Shown: positions 1 to 12,003, counted from the first letter of the whole stretch. The stretch is DNA of 63,589 nt, filler included, from an uncultured bacterium (GCA_964506785.1; 3 parts of 3 records of this genome joined end to end with filler, not necessarily neighbours in it); one strand, 5' to 3'. Notes: generated from the letters alone by a model not told the origin. Made by a program: numbers and translations.

Positions 1-1
1 T

Positions 2-622
2 TTCTCTGATTTAGGCAATTTATCCTTAAACGAGAAATTGATAGAAGACTTAAATTTAATTGAGAAGAAAACTTCCTCTTTCCTTAAGGAGAAAAAAAAG
101 TTCGTGGCTATCGGCGGAGAACATACCATTAGCCTGGGTATTATGAAAGGAATAGAGGAAATTCTGGGCCAGAATTTTCAGGTAGTTATTTTTGATGCTC
201 ATTCTGATTTTAGAGATAATTGGGAAGGAGAAAAGGTGAATCATGCGACTGTCGTCCGCCGCCTTCAAGAGATAAACGATAAATTGAGGGTTGTCGGAAC
301 GCGCTCTTTTTATGGTCAAGAGGATTATTCTCAAAAAATTTATGTCACTTTGCAAGAGGCCAAGAAATGGCTAAGACGGGAGCTGCCGGTTTACCTGAGT
401 TTAGATATGGATGTTTTGGATGCTTCTTTTGCCCCGGGGGTGGGAAATCCTGAACCGGATGGGTTAAGTTATGCTCAAGTGGCAGGTTTTATTCATTTTT
501 TAAAGGATTTTTCTATTTTAGGAATGGATCTGGTGGAGGTAAATCCGGCCTTTGACCCGTCCGGGATTACTTCAATTACTGCGGCCAAGATGATTATAGA
601 AGCTTTAATTGCTATGCGGTGA
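2..622 (+). CDS. speB: agmatinase/arginase-family ureohydrolase (5'-truncated)
   Basis: GGEHTIS, DAHSD and DMDVLD metal-binding motifs; frame open from position 2 (FSDLGNL...). Confidence 0.85.
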   Translation, partial: FSDLGNLSLNEKLIEDLNLIEKKTSSFLKEKKKFVAIGGEHTISLGIMKGIEEILGQNFQVVIFDAHSDFRDNWEGEKVNHATVVRRLQEINDKLRVVGTRSFYGQEDYSQKIYVTLQEAKKWLRRELPVYLSLDMDVLDASFAPGVGNPEPDGLSYAQVAGFIHFLKDFSILGMDLVEVNPAFDPSGITSITAAKMIIEALIAMR

Positions 623-646
623 AACAGTCTCTGCCGGATTAGTAAA

Positions 647-675
647 AAAACCTCTACTTAGACAGTAGAGGTTTT
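647..675. terminator. bidirectional intrinsic terminator
   Basis: AAAACCTCTACT-tagac-AGTAGAGGTTTT hairpin between convergent genes. Confidence 0.85.
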
Positions 676-700
676 AAAATTGGAATTTTTTAGCTATAAA

Positions 701-1054
701 TTATTTCTTTTGTTTTACCTCTTCAGCGTCAAAGTAATCTACTAAGACATTTCCTTCGAAAATCAGGTGCTTCGTCCGGGAAAGATACATATAGTCAATA
801 GGGACATTAGGATATCTTCCCCAGTATATCCACTCTTCTTTTTCAGTTCCCCATTTACCGGATGGAAGCTTATTGATAATATCTGCCTCGCCCCAACCGG
901 CTTTAACCTTTTCTTTATGCATGCCTACCTTAAGCAACGGCTTGGTATCCCAAGGGTTAGTTAAAGTTCGGCGGAGATTCGGTCCCTTAAAATCACTGCA
1001 GCCGAATAATATCAGAATAATTCCTATTGAGGTTAGATAATAAAGTTTTTTCAT
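701..1054 (-). CDS. SmpA/BamE-like small lipoprotein
   Basis: MKKLYY...LFGC lipobox; LKVGMxKxxV...WG...EEWIY pattern. Confidence 0.6.
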   Translation of the reverse strand: MKKLYYLTSIGIILILFGCSDFKGPNLRRTLTNPWDTKPLLKVGMHKEKVKAGWGEADIINKLPSGKWGTEKEEWIYWGRYPNVPIDYMYLSRTKHLIFEGNVLVDYFDAEEVKQKK

Positions 1055-1140
1055 TTTTTCTCTCCCCTGAAAAATGCAGATAACCAATCTGTATGTTAAA
1101 TTCGCCCTCTTGATTCTTATCTGCCAGCAGGCAGGCTTAT

Positions 1141-1596
1141 TTATAAAGAAAAGGAATAACGGAGGATAGCTAAATTATCTATAACCGCTGCTTCCTTTTC
1201 TTTGAACCCCTGTTTAGCGCAGAGGCGAAGAGCGGCAATCATTTTCTCGTTTCCCTGAAAAATAATCTGTTTATAGCCGTGTTTTTTGCAAAAATTAATG
1301 GCGCTATCAACCAGAGATTTTCCGTATCCTTTTTTACGGCATTGCGGGTCGACAAAAAGCCGGCGGAGAAAAGCGGTGTTTTCATCTTCCTCTTTGACGG
1401 CTACTGTCCCGGCAATTTTCCCGCCATTTTCTAAGATTAAAAAGGTTTCCCTCTTTCCCCCGTAGCATTTAGAGATGCTATCCAGGTCGTCGATGGAATA
1501 CATTTTGATTAATTCCGGGAATTCCTTGGTAATAATTGACGAAATAAGAGCTTTTACCCCGGGGGCATCTTTAGATTCAAATTTGCGTATTTTCAT
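1141..1596 (-). CDS. GNAT N-acetyltransferase
   Basis: RRLFVDPQCRKKGYGK acetyl-CoA motif A. Confidence 0.9.
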   Translation of the reverse strand: MKIRKFESKDAPGVKALISSIITKEFPELIKMYSIDDLDSISKCYGGKRETFLILENGGKIAGTVAVKEEDENTAFLRRLFVDPQCRKKGYGKSLVDSAINFCKKHGYKQIIFQGNEKMIAALRLCAKQGFKEKEAAVIDNLAILRYSFSL

Positions 1597-1742
1597 TTTT
1601 CTCTCAACCTCGGCAAAATCTTATCAGAAAAAAGGATGTTTGTAAAGGGATTTCTAAAAAAGCCTAGAATTTTTTAACTTCCTAAAATTATATGATTCTA
1701 GGTGATACTCTCCATTTTTTAAAAATAGCTCATTTAAGCATT

Positions 1743-3581
1743 TCAATTTAAAATTTCTCTTCTTACCCTTTTTAATTTTTTTTCGCCTTGTTCACCCCAG
1801 TATTTAAATTCTTGGTTTCCCGGGGAAAGACGGCCCAATTTTTTATAGATAGATATTACCTCTTGCCATTTCCCCTCTTTCCAGAAAATTGCCCCGAGGT
1901 TTTTCAAAGCCTCAATATTATCCGGATTTTTAAGAAGGGCAAGTTTAAACATTTCTTCGGCTTTCTCATCCAATCCTTTATTTTTTAAGGTCAGGCCCAG
2001 ATTGTTGTAATAATAACTGGTCTGTGTTGAATCCGGGTCAAGTTCTATGGCCTTTTCCAAGTATTTTTTAGAAAGTTCATATTTTTTTTCTTTGCCAAAG
2101 AGTATTCCTAAATGCCCATAGGAGGGGCCAAAAGCCGGGTTTAGGCGGGCAGCTTCTTCGAAATAATATTTGGCTTTTTCCATTTCGTTCTTGTGGTAAC
2201 AGGCTAATCCTAAATAGTCTAAAATTTTATATTTTTTCTTGCTTCTCGGCAGCATTTTTTTCAAAAGGGGGATGGCTTTATCAGGCCTGCCCGCATTTAA
2301 ATAAGCAAAAGCTAAATTTTCTATAATCCTTGATGAATGGGGAGCCCGGGTGCGGGTTTCTTCCCAGAGGGTAATTTCGTTTCGCCAGCAAGCATTTCTA
2401 TTGATGGTTAAAGGTATGAAATTTATAATGAGTAAGCTTACCAGAAGCCATAAAATTAGCTTTCTTGAGCTTAAAATTGCGGCGGATTTATTAATGAGCA
2501 GGGCAAGCGTTAGAAATATTCCTAAAGAGGGAAGATAGAGAAACCTTTCCGCCATAAACTGCATTGTCGGAATGATGTTGGCGACGGGAATTAAGGTTAC
2601 AAAGAAAAAAGAAAGGGCAAAGAAAATTAGCCGATTTTTTCTCCAGGAAAAAACTAAACTGCAAATAACCACTAGATAAAAGAAAAGAGAAAGAATTACT
2701 TCTGGCTCGGTAATTGAATGAGAAATTTTTATCCCCGAATAGTCGGCAATAAGGTTTAAAGGAAAGATGATAATTTTTAAATAAGCGGGAAAAACCCGGA
2801 GCATAGTAAGGAAGGTATAATAAGCCGAGCCTCCCAGATAAGCGCTTTGGCTGGTTCGTCCGATAACCAAATGCCGGGTGAGTAAAAAAGCCGAAGTTAT
2901 AAGGAATAGGTTGAAAAATAAGAATTTATCCCGGCCTACAATTCCCCTGCCGGATTTTTCCCCGTCGCCATCCTTTTTTTTGCCCAGGCCTATTTTGTAA
3001 AGGATAAGGATGAAGGGGAAAGTAATGGCCATGATTTTGGAAAGGAGAGCCAGAAAATAAGAAAGGTATATAAGGATTGATTCCCAGATGGAATCTTCTT
3101 TTTCTTCCCTTTTTAAAAACGCCAAAAACCCTAAAAGAAAAAATAGAACAAAAAGAAGGTCAGCCCGTCCTTTGACCCAGGAAACAGATTCGGTTTGGGC
3201 CGGGTGGAGGCTGAAAATCAAGGCGGTAATAAAACCCAGATTTTTCTTGCCGCTAAGTTTAGAAATTAAAAAGTAAACCAGGAGGACATTTAAAATGTGC
3301 AGGATGATATTGGTCAGGTGGAAACCAAAAGGATTTAATCCCCAGAGTTTATATTCTAAGGCAAAGATAACTGTGCGCAGGGGCCTAAAGATAAAATAAT
3401 CCGGTCTGGCCGCGTAGGTTTTAGCCGAGTAGAAATATTGGGGCAGGAAATTCAAATTTTTTATATAGTTATTGTGGACGATAAAAAAAATATCATCCCA
3501 GACAAAATCATTTTTAAGGCTGTTGGCAAAGGTGAAAAAGGTGAGGGAAATTAGAATGAGGATAATGAAACGGCGGTTCAT
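1743..3581 (-). CDS. TMTC-like GT-C membrane glycosyltransferase with C-terminal TPRs
   Basis: FVWDD, FRPL, HPAQTESVSW and AERFLYLP motifs followed by TPR repeats. Confidence 0.85.
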   Translation of the reverse strand: MNRRFIILILISLTFFTFANSLKNDFVWDDIFFIVHNNYIKNLNFLPQYFYSAKTYAARPDYFIFRPLRTVIFALEYKLWGLNPFGFHLTNIILHILNVLLVYFLISKLSGKKNLGFITALIFSLHPAQTESVSWVKGRADLLFVLFFLLGFLAFLKREEKEDSIWESILIYLSYFLALLSKIMAITFPFILILYKIGLGKKKDGDGEKSGRGIVGRDKFLFFNLFLITSAFLLTRHLVIGRTSQSAYLGGSAYYTFLTMLRVFPAYLKIIIFPLNLIADYSGIKISHSITEPEVILSLFFYLVVICSLVFSWRKNRLIFFALSFFFVTLIPVANIIPTMQFMAERFLYLPSLGIFLTLALLINKSAAILSSRKLILWLLVSLLIINFIPLTINRNACWRNEITLWEETRTRAPHSSRIIENLAFAYLNAGRPDKAIPLLKKMLPRSKKKYKILDYLGLACYHKNEMEKAKYYFEEAARLNPAFGPSYGHLGILFGKEKKYELSKKYLEKAIELDPDSTQTSYYYNNLGLTLKNKGLDEKAEEMFKLALLKNPDNIEALKNLGAIFWKEGKWQEVISIYKKLGRLSPGNQEFKYWGEQGEKKLKRVRREILN

Positions 3582-3703
3582 TTTGGCCTGGTCCGCTTTT
3601 CTTCCCGGAGATTAAGAGTAAAAGTTTTCCAGAAGCAAAAAACGATCAAGCTGAAGAGTATTACCCAGGAAATAATTAAAAAAATCCAGCCGCTTAGAAG
3701 CAT
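3578..3703 (-). CDS. 41-aa MetS-like small subunit of NSS transporter (not in ORF track)
   Basis: MLLSGWIFLIISWVILFSLIVFCFWKTFTLNLREEKRTRPK, one TM helix; directly downstream of the NSS gene; ATGA overlap with the TMTC start. Confidence 0.7.
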   Translation of the reverse strand: MLLSGWIFLIISWVILFSLIVFCFWKTFTLNLREEKRTRPK

Positions 3704-3764
3704 TTTTTTTTACCCCGATAGAAATAACCCAGCTTTTCCCATAAACGGGCTGGGGGGTCTGTAT

Positions 3765-5354
3765 TTAAAGCGAATTTCTAAGGGGGGCCTCCGTAAGTTT
3801 CCGCCGTCGCCAGGCGATTTTCAATAAAACGGCCAATCCGATAAATAGGACAAGAAGCATTAGTCTGGTCCCTAAAATATATGGCCGGTTAGCCGGGCTG
3901 ATATTTTGCATTAAAATTACCGGAAGGCCGTCTTTGACCAGCCAGAACCCCAAAATGGAAAACAGAAAGAGAGGAGTGATATATTTAATTATAAACTTAT
4001 ACACCCGGGGGATACGGATATCAGCCCCGGCATGAATTTCTTCCCAGGCCTTATCGATGCCGAATACCCAGGTAAAAAGAATGGTTTCAATAGTGGCAAA
4101 TAAAACCAGGCAAAAAGTTCCCCCCCAGAAATCCAGTTCATCAACTACTCCTTGTCCGAGAAAAAATATGGCCGGCTGGCAAAGGATAAAGGCAGCCAGT
4201 CCTAAAATCCGGACAGCCTTTTTTCTGTCAATATTGAACTCATCTTCAAGAAAGGCAACGGCTGGCTGGGCTAAGGAAACTGAAGAGGTAAGGCCGGCTA
4301 AAAAAAGCAAAATAAACCATAATGCCGACCAGAGAAAACTCAAGGGTATCTGTTTGAAAATTAAAGGCATGGTGACAAATCCTAAATTAAAGGCGCCGCT
4401 TTTAGCCACTGTTTCGATACCGACTGGCCCAAAAAAGATGAAAGCAGCCGGGATAACGATACTGGCGCCGATAATCACTTCGGCAAATTCGTTAATGCTT
4501 ACCGCTGTCAATCCGGAAAGGGCGACGTCATCTCCCCGGGAAAGATAGCTGGCATAGGTTAAAATGACCCCGATTCCGACACTCAGGGTAAAAAAGATTT
4601 GACCGGCGGCGGCCAGCCAAACCTTGGGGTTGGTTAAAACAGAGAAATCGGGGTTCCAGAGAAACCCCAGGCCATTTTTGACATTCCAGCTTGGCCTGGA
4701 CAGGTCAGGCGCGCCTAAGGTTAAAACCCGGATAGCAATGACGACAGCAAAAATTAACAAAATGGGCATGGCAATCTTGGAAAGACGTTCGATGCCTCCG
4801 GATATTCCCCGATAGATAACGGCCATATTAAGAAAAAAGGTAATCGAGAAGAACAAATAGGCCCAGCCGAGGCCGTGGAAGAATTGGTTATTTTCTAATC
4901 CTTGGTATCCCGCCAGAAAGGAACTAATTGCCGTTTGATCCTGGGCCTGGGCAAATTTCCCGGTCAGGGAAAAAACACTATAACCAAGAATCCATGATTC
5001 AATATAGGTATAATAGATTAAAATAACCAGCGGTCCAAATATGCCGATGAGGCCGAAATACTTTATGAAGCGATTGTTCCAGATGGAATGGAAAATTCCC
5101 GGGGCGGTGCCGTGCCCATACATTCCGCCAAACCGGCCTACCGTCCATTCAATCCACATCAAAGGGATGCCCAAGAAAATCAAGGCAGTGAAATATGGAA
5201 TCATAAAGGCGCCTCCGCCGTTTTGGGCGGCTTGGACCGGAAAGCGCAAAAAATTTCCCAGGCCGATGGCACTTCCGGCGACGGCTAATATAATGCCTAC
5301 TTTTGACCCCCACTTTTCCCGTGGTTTTTTAGAATGACGGATTTTTTTAAACAT
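3765..5354 (-). CDS. sodium-dependent transporter, NSS/SNF family
   Basis: REKW, GSAIGLGNFLRFP, AAGQIFFTLS; GGAGG SD before ATG 5354. Confidence 0.95.
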   Translation of the reverse strand: MFKKIRHSKKPREKWGSKVGIILAVAGSAIGLGNFLRFPVQAAQNGGGAFMIPYFTALIFLGIPLMWIEWTVGRFGGMYGHGTAPGIFHSIWNNRFIKYFGLIGIFGPLVILIYYTYIESWILGYSVFSLTGKFAQAQDQTAISSFLAGYQGLENNQFFHGLGWAYLFFSITFFLNMAVIYRGISGGIERLSKIAMPILLIFAVVIAIRVLTLGAPDLSRPSWNVKNGLGFLWNPDFSVLTNPKVWLAAAGQIFFTLSVGIGVILTYASYLSRGDDVALSGLTAVSINEFAEVIIGASIVIPAAFIFFGPVGIETVAKSGAFNLGFVTMPLIFKQIPLSFLWSALWFILLFLAGLTSSVSLAQPAVAFLEDEFNIDRKKAVRILGLAAFILCQPAIFFLGQGVVDELDFWGGTFCLVLFATIETILFTWVFGIDKAWEEIHAGADIRIPRVYKFIIKYITPLFLFSILGFWLVKDGLPVILMQNISPANRPYILGTRLMLLVLFIGLAVLLKIAWRRRKLTEAPLRNSL

Positions 5355-5532
5355 AACCTCCATAAGTATAAAATAAATAGAGGGTTTTGTCTATCGAAAA
5401 TCTGAAAAGGCAAGTTTCGAGCAGTCCTCGCTTTACAAATGAATTAGGCGACCTCATTTATGAACCAACGGCCTTTTTGAAATTTATTTTGGCTAACATT
5501 TAAATCGAAGTGGTTTGCAGCCGAATTAATAA

Positions 5533-5561
5533 TTGACAATGTTTTCCTTTCTATATATGAT
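5533..5561 (+). promoter_or_regulatory. sigma70-type promoter of pfkA-ligA
   Basis: TTGACA-17 nt-TATGAT. Confidence 0.75.
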
Positions 5562-5590
5562 GAAAAGAAATTAATCTGGAGGTTAAAACG

Positions 5591-6682
5591 ATGGCAAAAA
5601 TAAAGACTATCGGGATTCTTACCGGTGGCGGGGACTGCCCGGGAATGAATGCGGTTATTCGAGCGGCTGCCAAAACAGCGATTAATGATTACAGCTTAAA
5701 GGTGATTGGCTTTAAGGATGGTTATGAGGGTTTGGTGGAAAAGTATTACCGAGAATTGAAGTTGGCCGATGCTTCGGGTATTCTTACTTTAGGAGGGACT
5801 ATTCTTGGTACTTCTAATCAGGCAAATCCTTTTGCCTATGCAGTAAAAGAGGGGAAAAAGATAGTTTATCGGGACCTTTCTCAAAAGGCCCTGGATAATT
5901 TAAGGGATTTAGGCATTGAGGCTTTAATCTGTATTGGCGGGGATGGCACCTTAACCAGTGCCCGGGATTTATTCCGCCGGGGAGTAAAAGTTGTTGGTGT
6001 GCCTAAAACGATTGATAATGACCTTTCGGGCACGGATTTGACTTTTGGTTTTGATTCTGCCCTTTCTACGGCGACCGAAGCCATTGATAAAATCCATACC
6101 ACGGCTATTTCTCATCATCGGGTGATGGTTATTGAGGTAATGGGCCGTTATGCCGGCTGGCTGGCTTTGGAGGCCGGGTTGGCCGGAGGAGGAGACATAA
6201 TTCTTATCCCTGAAATTCCTTATGATATCGGGAAGGTTTGCCAAAGGGTTTTTAAACGGGAAAAACAGGGGAAACGATTTAGCATTGTTGTTGTTGCCGA
6301 AGGCGCTCATCCTAAAGGCGGGAAGGTAGTAGTGAAACGCCGGATTGAAACCAGCCCGGATTCTGTTAGATTAGGCGGAATCGGGAATCAAGTGGCCGGT
6401 GAAATTGAAAAGCGTACTGGCATTGCTACCCGGGTAACCGTTTTAGGACATTTAGTGAGAGGGGGTACCCCGACGGCTTTTGACCGGATTTTAGCCACCC
6501 GCTATGGGTCAGAAGCAGTGCATATGCTGATGAGGGCTAAATTTGGCTGCATGGTAAGTTTAAGAGGGCAGGATTTAGTTTCTGTCTCTTTGGAGGAAGC
6601 CGTAGGGAAACTTCACACCGTTCCAAGTAACTCGCCCTTGATTAAATTGGGTAGGTCCCTGGGTATCTGTATGGGAAATTAA
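5591..6682 (+). CDS. pfkA: 6-phosphofructokinase (PfkA family)
   Basis: TGGGDCPGMN, GGDGT, PKTIDND, EVMGR. Confidence 0.95.
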   Translation: MAKIKTIGILTGGGDCPGMNAVIRAAAKTAINDYSLKVIGFKDGYEGLVEKYYRELKLADASGILTLGGTILGTSNQANPFAYAVKEGKKIVYRDLSQKALDNLRDLGIEALICIGGDGTLTSARDLFRRGVKVVGVPKTIDNDLSGTDLTFGFDSALSTATEAIDKIHTTAISHHRVMVIEVMGRYAGWLALEAGLAGGGDIILIPEIPYDIGKVCQRVFKREKQGKRFSIVVVAEGAHPKGGKVVVKRRIETSPDSVRLGGIGNQVAGEIEKRTGIATRVTVLGHLVRGGTPTAFDRILATRYGSEAVHMLMRAKFGCMVSLRGQDLVSVSLEEAVGKLHTVPSNSPLIKLGRSLGICMGN

Positions 6683-9410
<2,728 letters not shown>

Positions 9411-9419
9411 AGTTTCTCT

Positions 9420-9448
9420 ATCGTATCTTTTAAAAAGAAAAGTGTCAA
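9420..9448 (-). promoter_or_regulatory. sigma70-type promoter of the DUF72 gene (near-leaderless)
   Basis: TTGACA-17-TACGAT on minus strand, 9 nt upstream of the ATG. Confidence 0.65.
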
Positions 9449-9454
9449 GAAATT

Positions 9455-9483
9455 TTGACAAAATATTTTTCTTGTGGTATAAT
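9455..9483 (+). promoter_or_regulatory. consensus sigma70 promoter driving riboswitch 1
   Basis: TTGACA-17-TATAAT with extended -10 TG. Confidence 0.9.
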
Positions 9484-9489
9484 TTGTTT

Positions 9490-9651
9490 GGAGTCGATAA
9501 AGGCAAACCTGTCGAAAGATAGAGGCGCAAAGTTACAGGCCTAAGTTACTGACTGATGGCTACAGCTAACTTGCCCCCGAAGGAAGAGATTGGGGTAAAA
9601 CCAGAAGGTGGCTTAGAACAGGACCAGTAATAGGGCAGCTGGACTGCCGAT
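9490..9651 (+). ncRNA. c-di-GMP-I (GEMM-I) riboswitch with about 70-80 nt insertion in P3
   Basis: CG-N5-GGCAAAC-CTGTC-GAAA-GATAG..GCGCAAAG..GGCCTAAG[TTACTG...CAGTAA]TAGG...TGCCGA; G20 and C92 equivalents present. Confidence 0.85.
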
Positions 9652-9702
9652 GGAAGAAGGAAGGTGATTGCAAGCCGCCTACTTTGTCGACTCCTTTTTT
9701 TA

Positions 9703-9731
9703 TTGACATTTCCCCGCCTTTTTCCTACAAT
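9703..9731 (+). promoter_or_regulatory. second sigma70-type promoter directly before the WecA-like gene
   Basis: TTGACA-17-TACAAT. Confidence 0.7.
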
Positions 9732-9742
9732 ACATGTATACT

Positions 9743-10774
9743 ATGAGTTCAATTCCCAGGGTTTTCCTTATAAGTGCTTTTGGCGCTTTATTGATTACTC
9801 CTTTTTTGGAGCAACTGGCGATAAAATGGAAGGTTTTAGATTTTCCCGACGAAAGGAAAATTCACAAAAAAGCTATTCCGCGTTTAGGCGGGGTAGCTGT
9901 TTTTATTTCCTTTCTATTTGCTTTAGGCAAGTTTTCTCTTGAAGTTTCCTCTCTCAAGGGGATAATGCTCGGCGGAGGATTGATTTTTTTAATCGGCCTC
10001 ATTGATGATGTCAGAGCTTTAGGGGCTAAGGTAAAGTTGGGCGGGCAGGTTATAGCGGCGCTTATTTTAATCCATCAAGGTATAATTTTATCCTTTTTCC
10101 CGGCCACTTTTTTAGGGAAGATGACTGCGGTAATTCTGACCATTGTTTGGCTGGTAGGGATTACCAATAGCTTGAATTTTCTTGATGGAATGGATGGCTT
10201 AGCCGCCGGGATGGCGGCTGTTGCCAGCTTGACTTTTTTAATTATTACTGTAAAAACTGACCAAATTTTTCTGGCTGTGGCCGCGTCGGCTCTTTTGGGC
10301 AGCTGTTTAGGTTTTTTACCATATAATTTTCATCCAGCCAGAATTTTCTTGGGTGATGCGGGAAGCACCTTTTTAGGTTTTATCTTAGCTAGTTTTGCCG
10401 TTATGGGCGGCTGGGCCGAGAAAAATTTCTTTGTTGCCCTGGGGACGCCGCTGGTTATCTTGGGCATTTTGGTCTTCGACTTAATTTATATCACTGTCAG
10501 CCGGATAAGTTTAGGTAAAGTAAAAAATTTCTGGCAGTGGATTGAATACGTCGGCCGGGATCATATCCATCATCGTTTATTGAATTTAGGCTTTAGTCAG
10601 CGCCAGACGGTTTTGACCATTTATTCAATCGGGATTTATTTAGGAATTAGCGGAGTAATTTTAAATGGAGCCGGCCCATTATGGGTGTTCCCGGTTTTTA
10701 TTCAGGTATTTCTCATGTTTATGGTAATTACTGTTTTAATGACAGCGGGACGCCGGAAGGTAAAAAACAATTAG
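9743..10774 (+). CDS. WecA/TagO-like undecaprenyl-phosphate GlcNAc-1-phosphate transferase (MraY family)
   Basis: RKIH..IPRLGG, GLIDD, NSLNFLDGMDGLA, IFLGDAGS, HIHHRL. Confidence 0.92.
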   Translation: MSSIPRVFLISAFGALLITPFLEQLAIKWKVLDFPDERKIHKKAIPRLGGVAVFISFLFALGKFSLEVSSLKGIMLGGGLIFLIGLIDDVRALGAKVKLGGQVIAALILIHQGIILSFFPATFLGKMTAVILTIVWLVGITNSLNFLDGMDGLAAGMAAVASLTFLIITVKTDQIFLAVAASALLGSCLGFLPYNFHPARIFLGDAGSTFLGFILASFAVMGGWAEKNFFVALGTPLVILGILVFDLIYITVSRISLGKVKNFWQWIEYVGRDHIHHRLLNLGFSQRQTVLTIYSIGIYLGISGVILNGAGPLWVFPVFIQVFLMFMVITVLMTAGRRKVKNN

Positions 10775-10800
10775 TTTTTTAGAAAAGGAGGTGATAGGTA

Positions 10801-10986
10801 ATGAAGGGAATGATTAGCCTGTTAATCGGTGCGGCTGTAGCTAGTATAATTGTCGGGTTGGTTTCTCGGATAACCTTGATAATTTTCCCATTTGGTTTAA
10901 ATGCTAATTCTTTTCTCCAATTTGCTAATAGTTGTCTCCTTTTTGCTATCGCCGGAATTCTTTTGATGATTAGGGATAAAAGTTAA
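10801..10986 (+). CDS. 61-aa two-TM hypothetical membrane protein
   Basis: strong AGGAGGTGA SD; two hydrophobic segments. Confidence 0.75.
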   Translation: MKGMISLLIGAAVASIIVGLVSRITLIIFPFGLNANSFLQFANSCLLFAIAGILLMIRDKS

Positions 10987-11140
10987 TAGAAGACAGAAAG
11001 CAGAAGACAGAATAGAGAAAACAGAGAACAGAGGACAGAAGACGGAAGACAGAAGACAGAAAGATATCAGATAATCGGGATATTGGGAGGCAGGAAATAA
11101 AGGATATTAAAAAACTGCCTGAAAATCTGATATTCTGACC
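10987..11140. repeat. 7-nt periodic CAGAAGA tandem array followed by 8-nt periodic arms
   Basis: CAGA-like unit at 10994, 11001, 11008, 11015, 11022, 11029, 11036, 11043, 11050, 11057. Confidence 0.85.
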
Positions 11141-11190
11141 GCTGTTTTATGATTGGCCCATCAGTTATAATATGTTAAGGGGATTTCAGT

Positions 11191-12003
11191 ATGTATGAAT
11201 CTTACTGGCACCTGAAAGAGAAACCATTTGAAAATACGCCTGACCCGCGATTTATCTACTATTCGATGGAACATGAAGAAGCTTTAATGCGGCTGCTTTA
11301 TGCCATTCGGGAGCGCAAAGGAGGTGCTATTTTGACCGGAGAATACGGCAGCGGGAAGACAATCATCAGCCGGGTGCTTCTCCAGAAGTTAGAGGAGTAC
11401 CGAAACTATAAGGTGGCTCTGATTGCTTATCCCCGTCTTGACCCGGTTGAATTTTTAGAGGAAATTTTATATCATTTAGGCGAAAGAAATTTACCTCAGG
11501 GAAAATCCGGCTTGCTTCACCGTCTGGAAGAACTACTTCATCAGAACATGAAAGAGGGTAAGGATACCGTTATTATTATTGATGAAGCTCATCTGGTAGA
11601 GAATTTGGAAACCTTTGAGGAGCTCAGGCTTCTTTTAAATTTCCAGCTTAACAACCGCTTTCTTTTAACCTTGGTTTTAATCGGGCAGCCGGAACTGAAG
11701 AATAAGATTAATCAACTTCCTCAATTTAAACAGCGGCTGGCAGTCCGCTACCATCTCATTCATCTGGATAAACGCGAGACCCGCAGATATATTGCCCACC
11801 GCCTGCATATAGCCGGAAATGACAGTTTCCTATTTACCTATGGGGCGACCAAGCTTATTTTTGAGAATTCCGGAGGTGCCCCCCGGGCGATAAATAATTT
11901 TTGCGATATGAGTTTACTGGTTGGTTTCACTAAGCAAACTCCAAAGGTGGGTAAGCGTATTGTCCGGGAAGTTATCAGCGACCTTGAGGGAGATTTTGCT
12001 TAA
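11191..12003 (+). CDS. ExeA/GspA-like AAA+ ATPase
   Basis: PFENTPDPRF, Walker A GEYGSGKT, IIIDEAH, LIGQPEL, GGAPRAIN. Confidence 0.92.
   Translation: MYESYWHLKEKPFENTPDPRFIYYSMEHEEALMRLLYAIRERKGGAILTGEYGSGKTIISRVLLQKLEEYRNYKVALIAYPRLDPVEFLEEILYHLGERNLPQGKSGLLHRLEELLHQNMKEGKDTVIIIDEAHLVENLETFEELRLLLNFQLNNRFLLTLVLIGQPELKNKINQLPQFKQRLAVRYHLIHLDKRETRRYIAHRLHIAGNDSFLFTYGATKLIFENSGGAPRAINNFCDMSLLVGFTKQTPKVGKRIVREVISDLEGDFA

Noticed and set aside
10987-11062. Periodic repeats as a CRISPR array
   Set aside because: 7-nt units with no unique spacers and no cas genes
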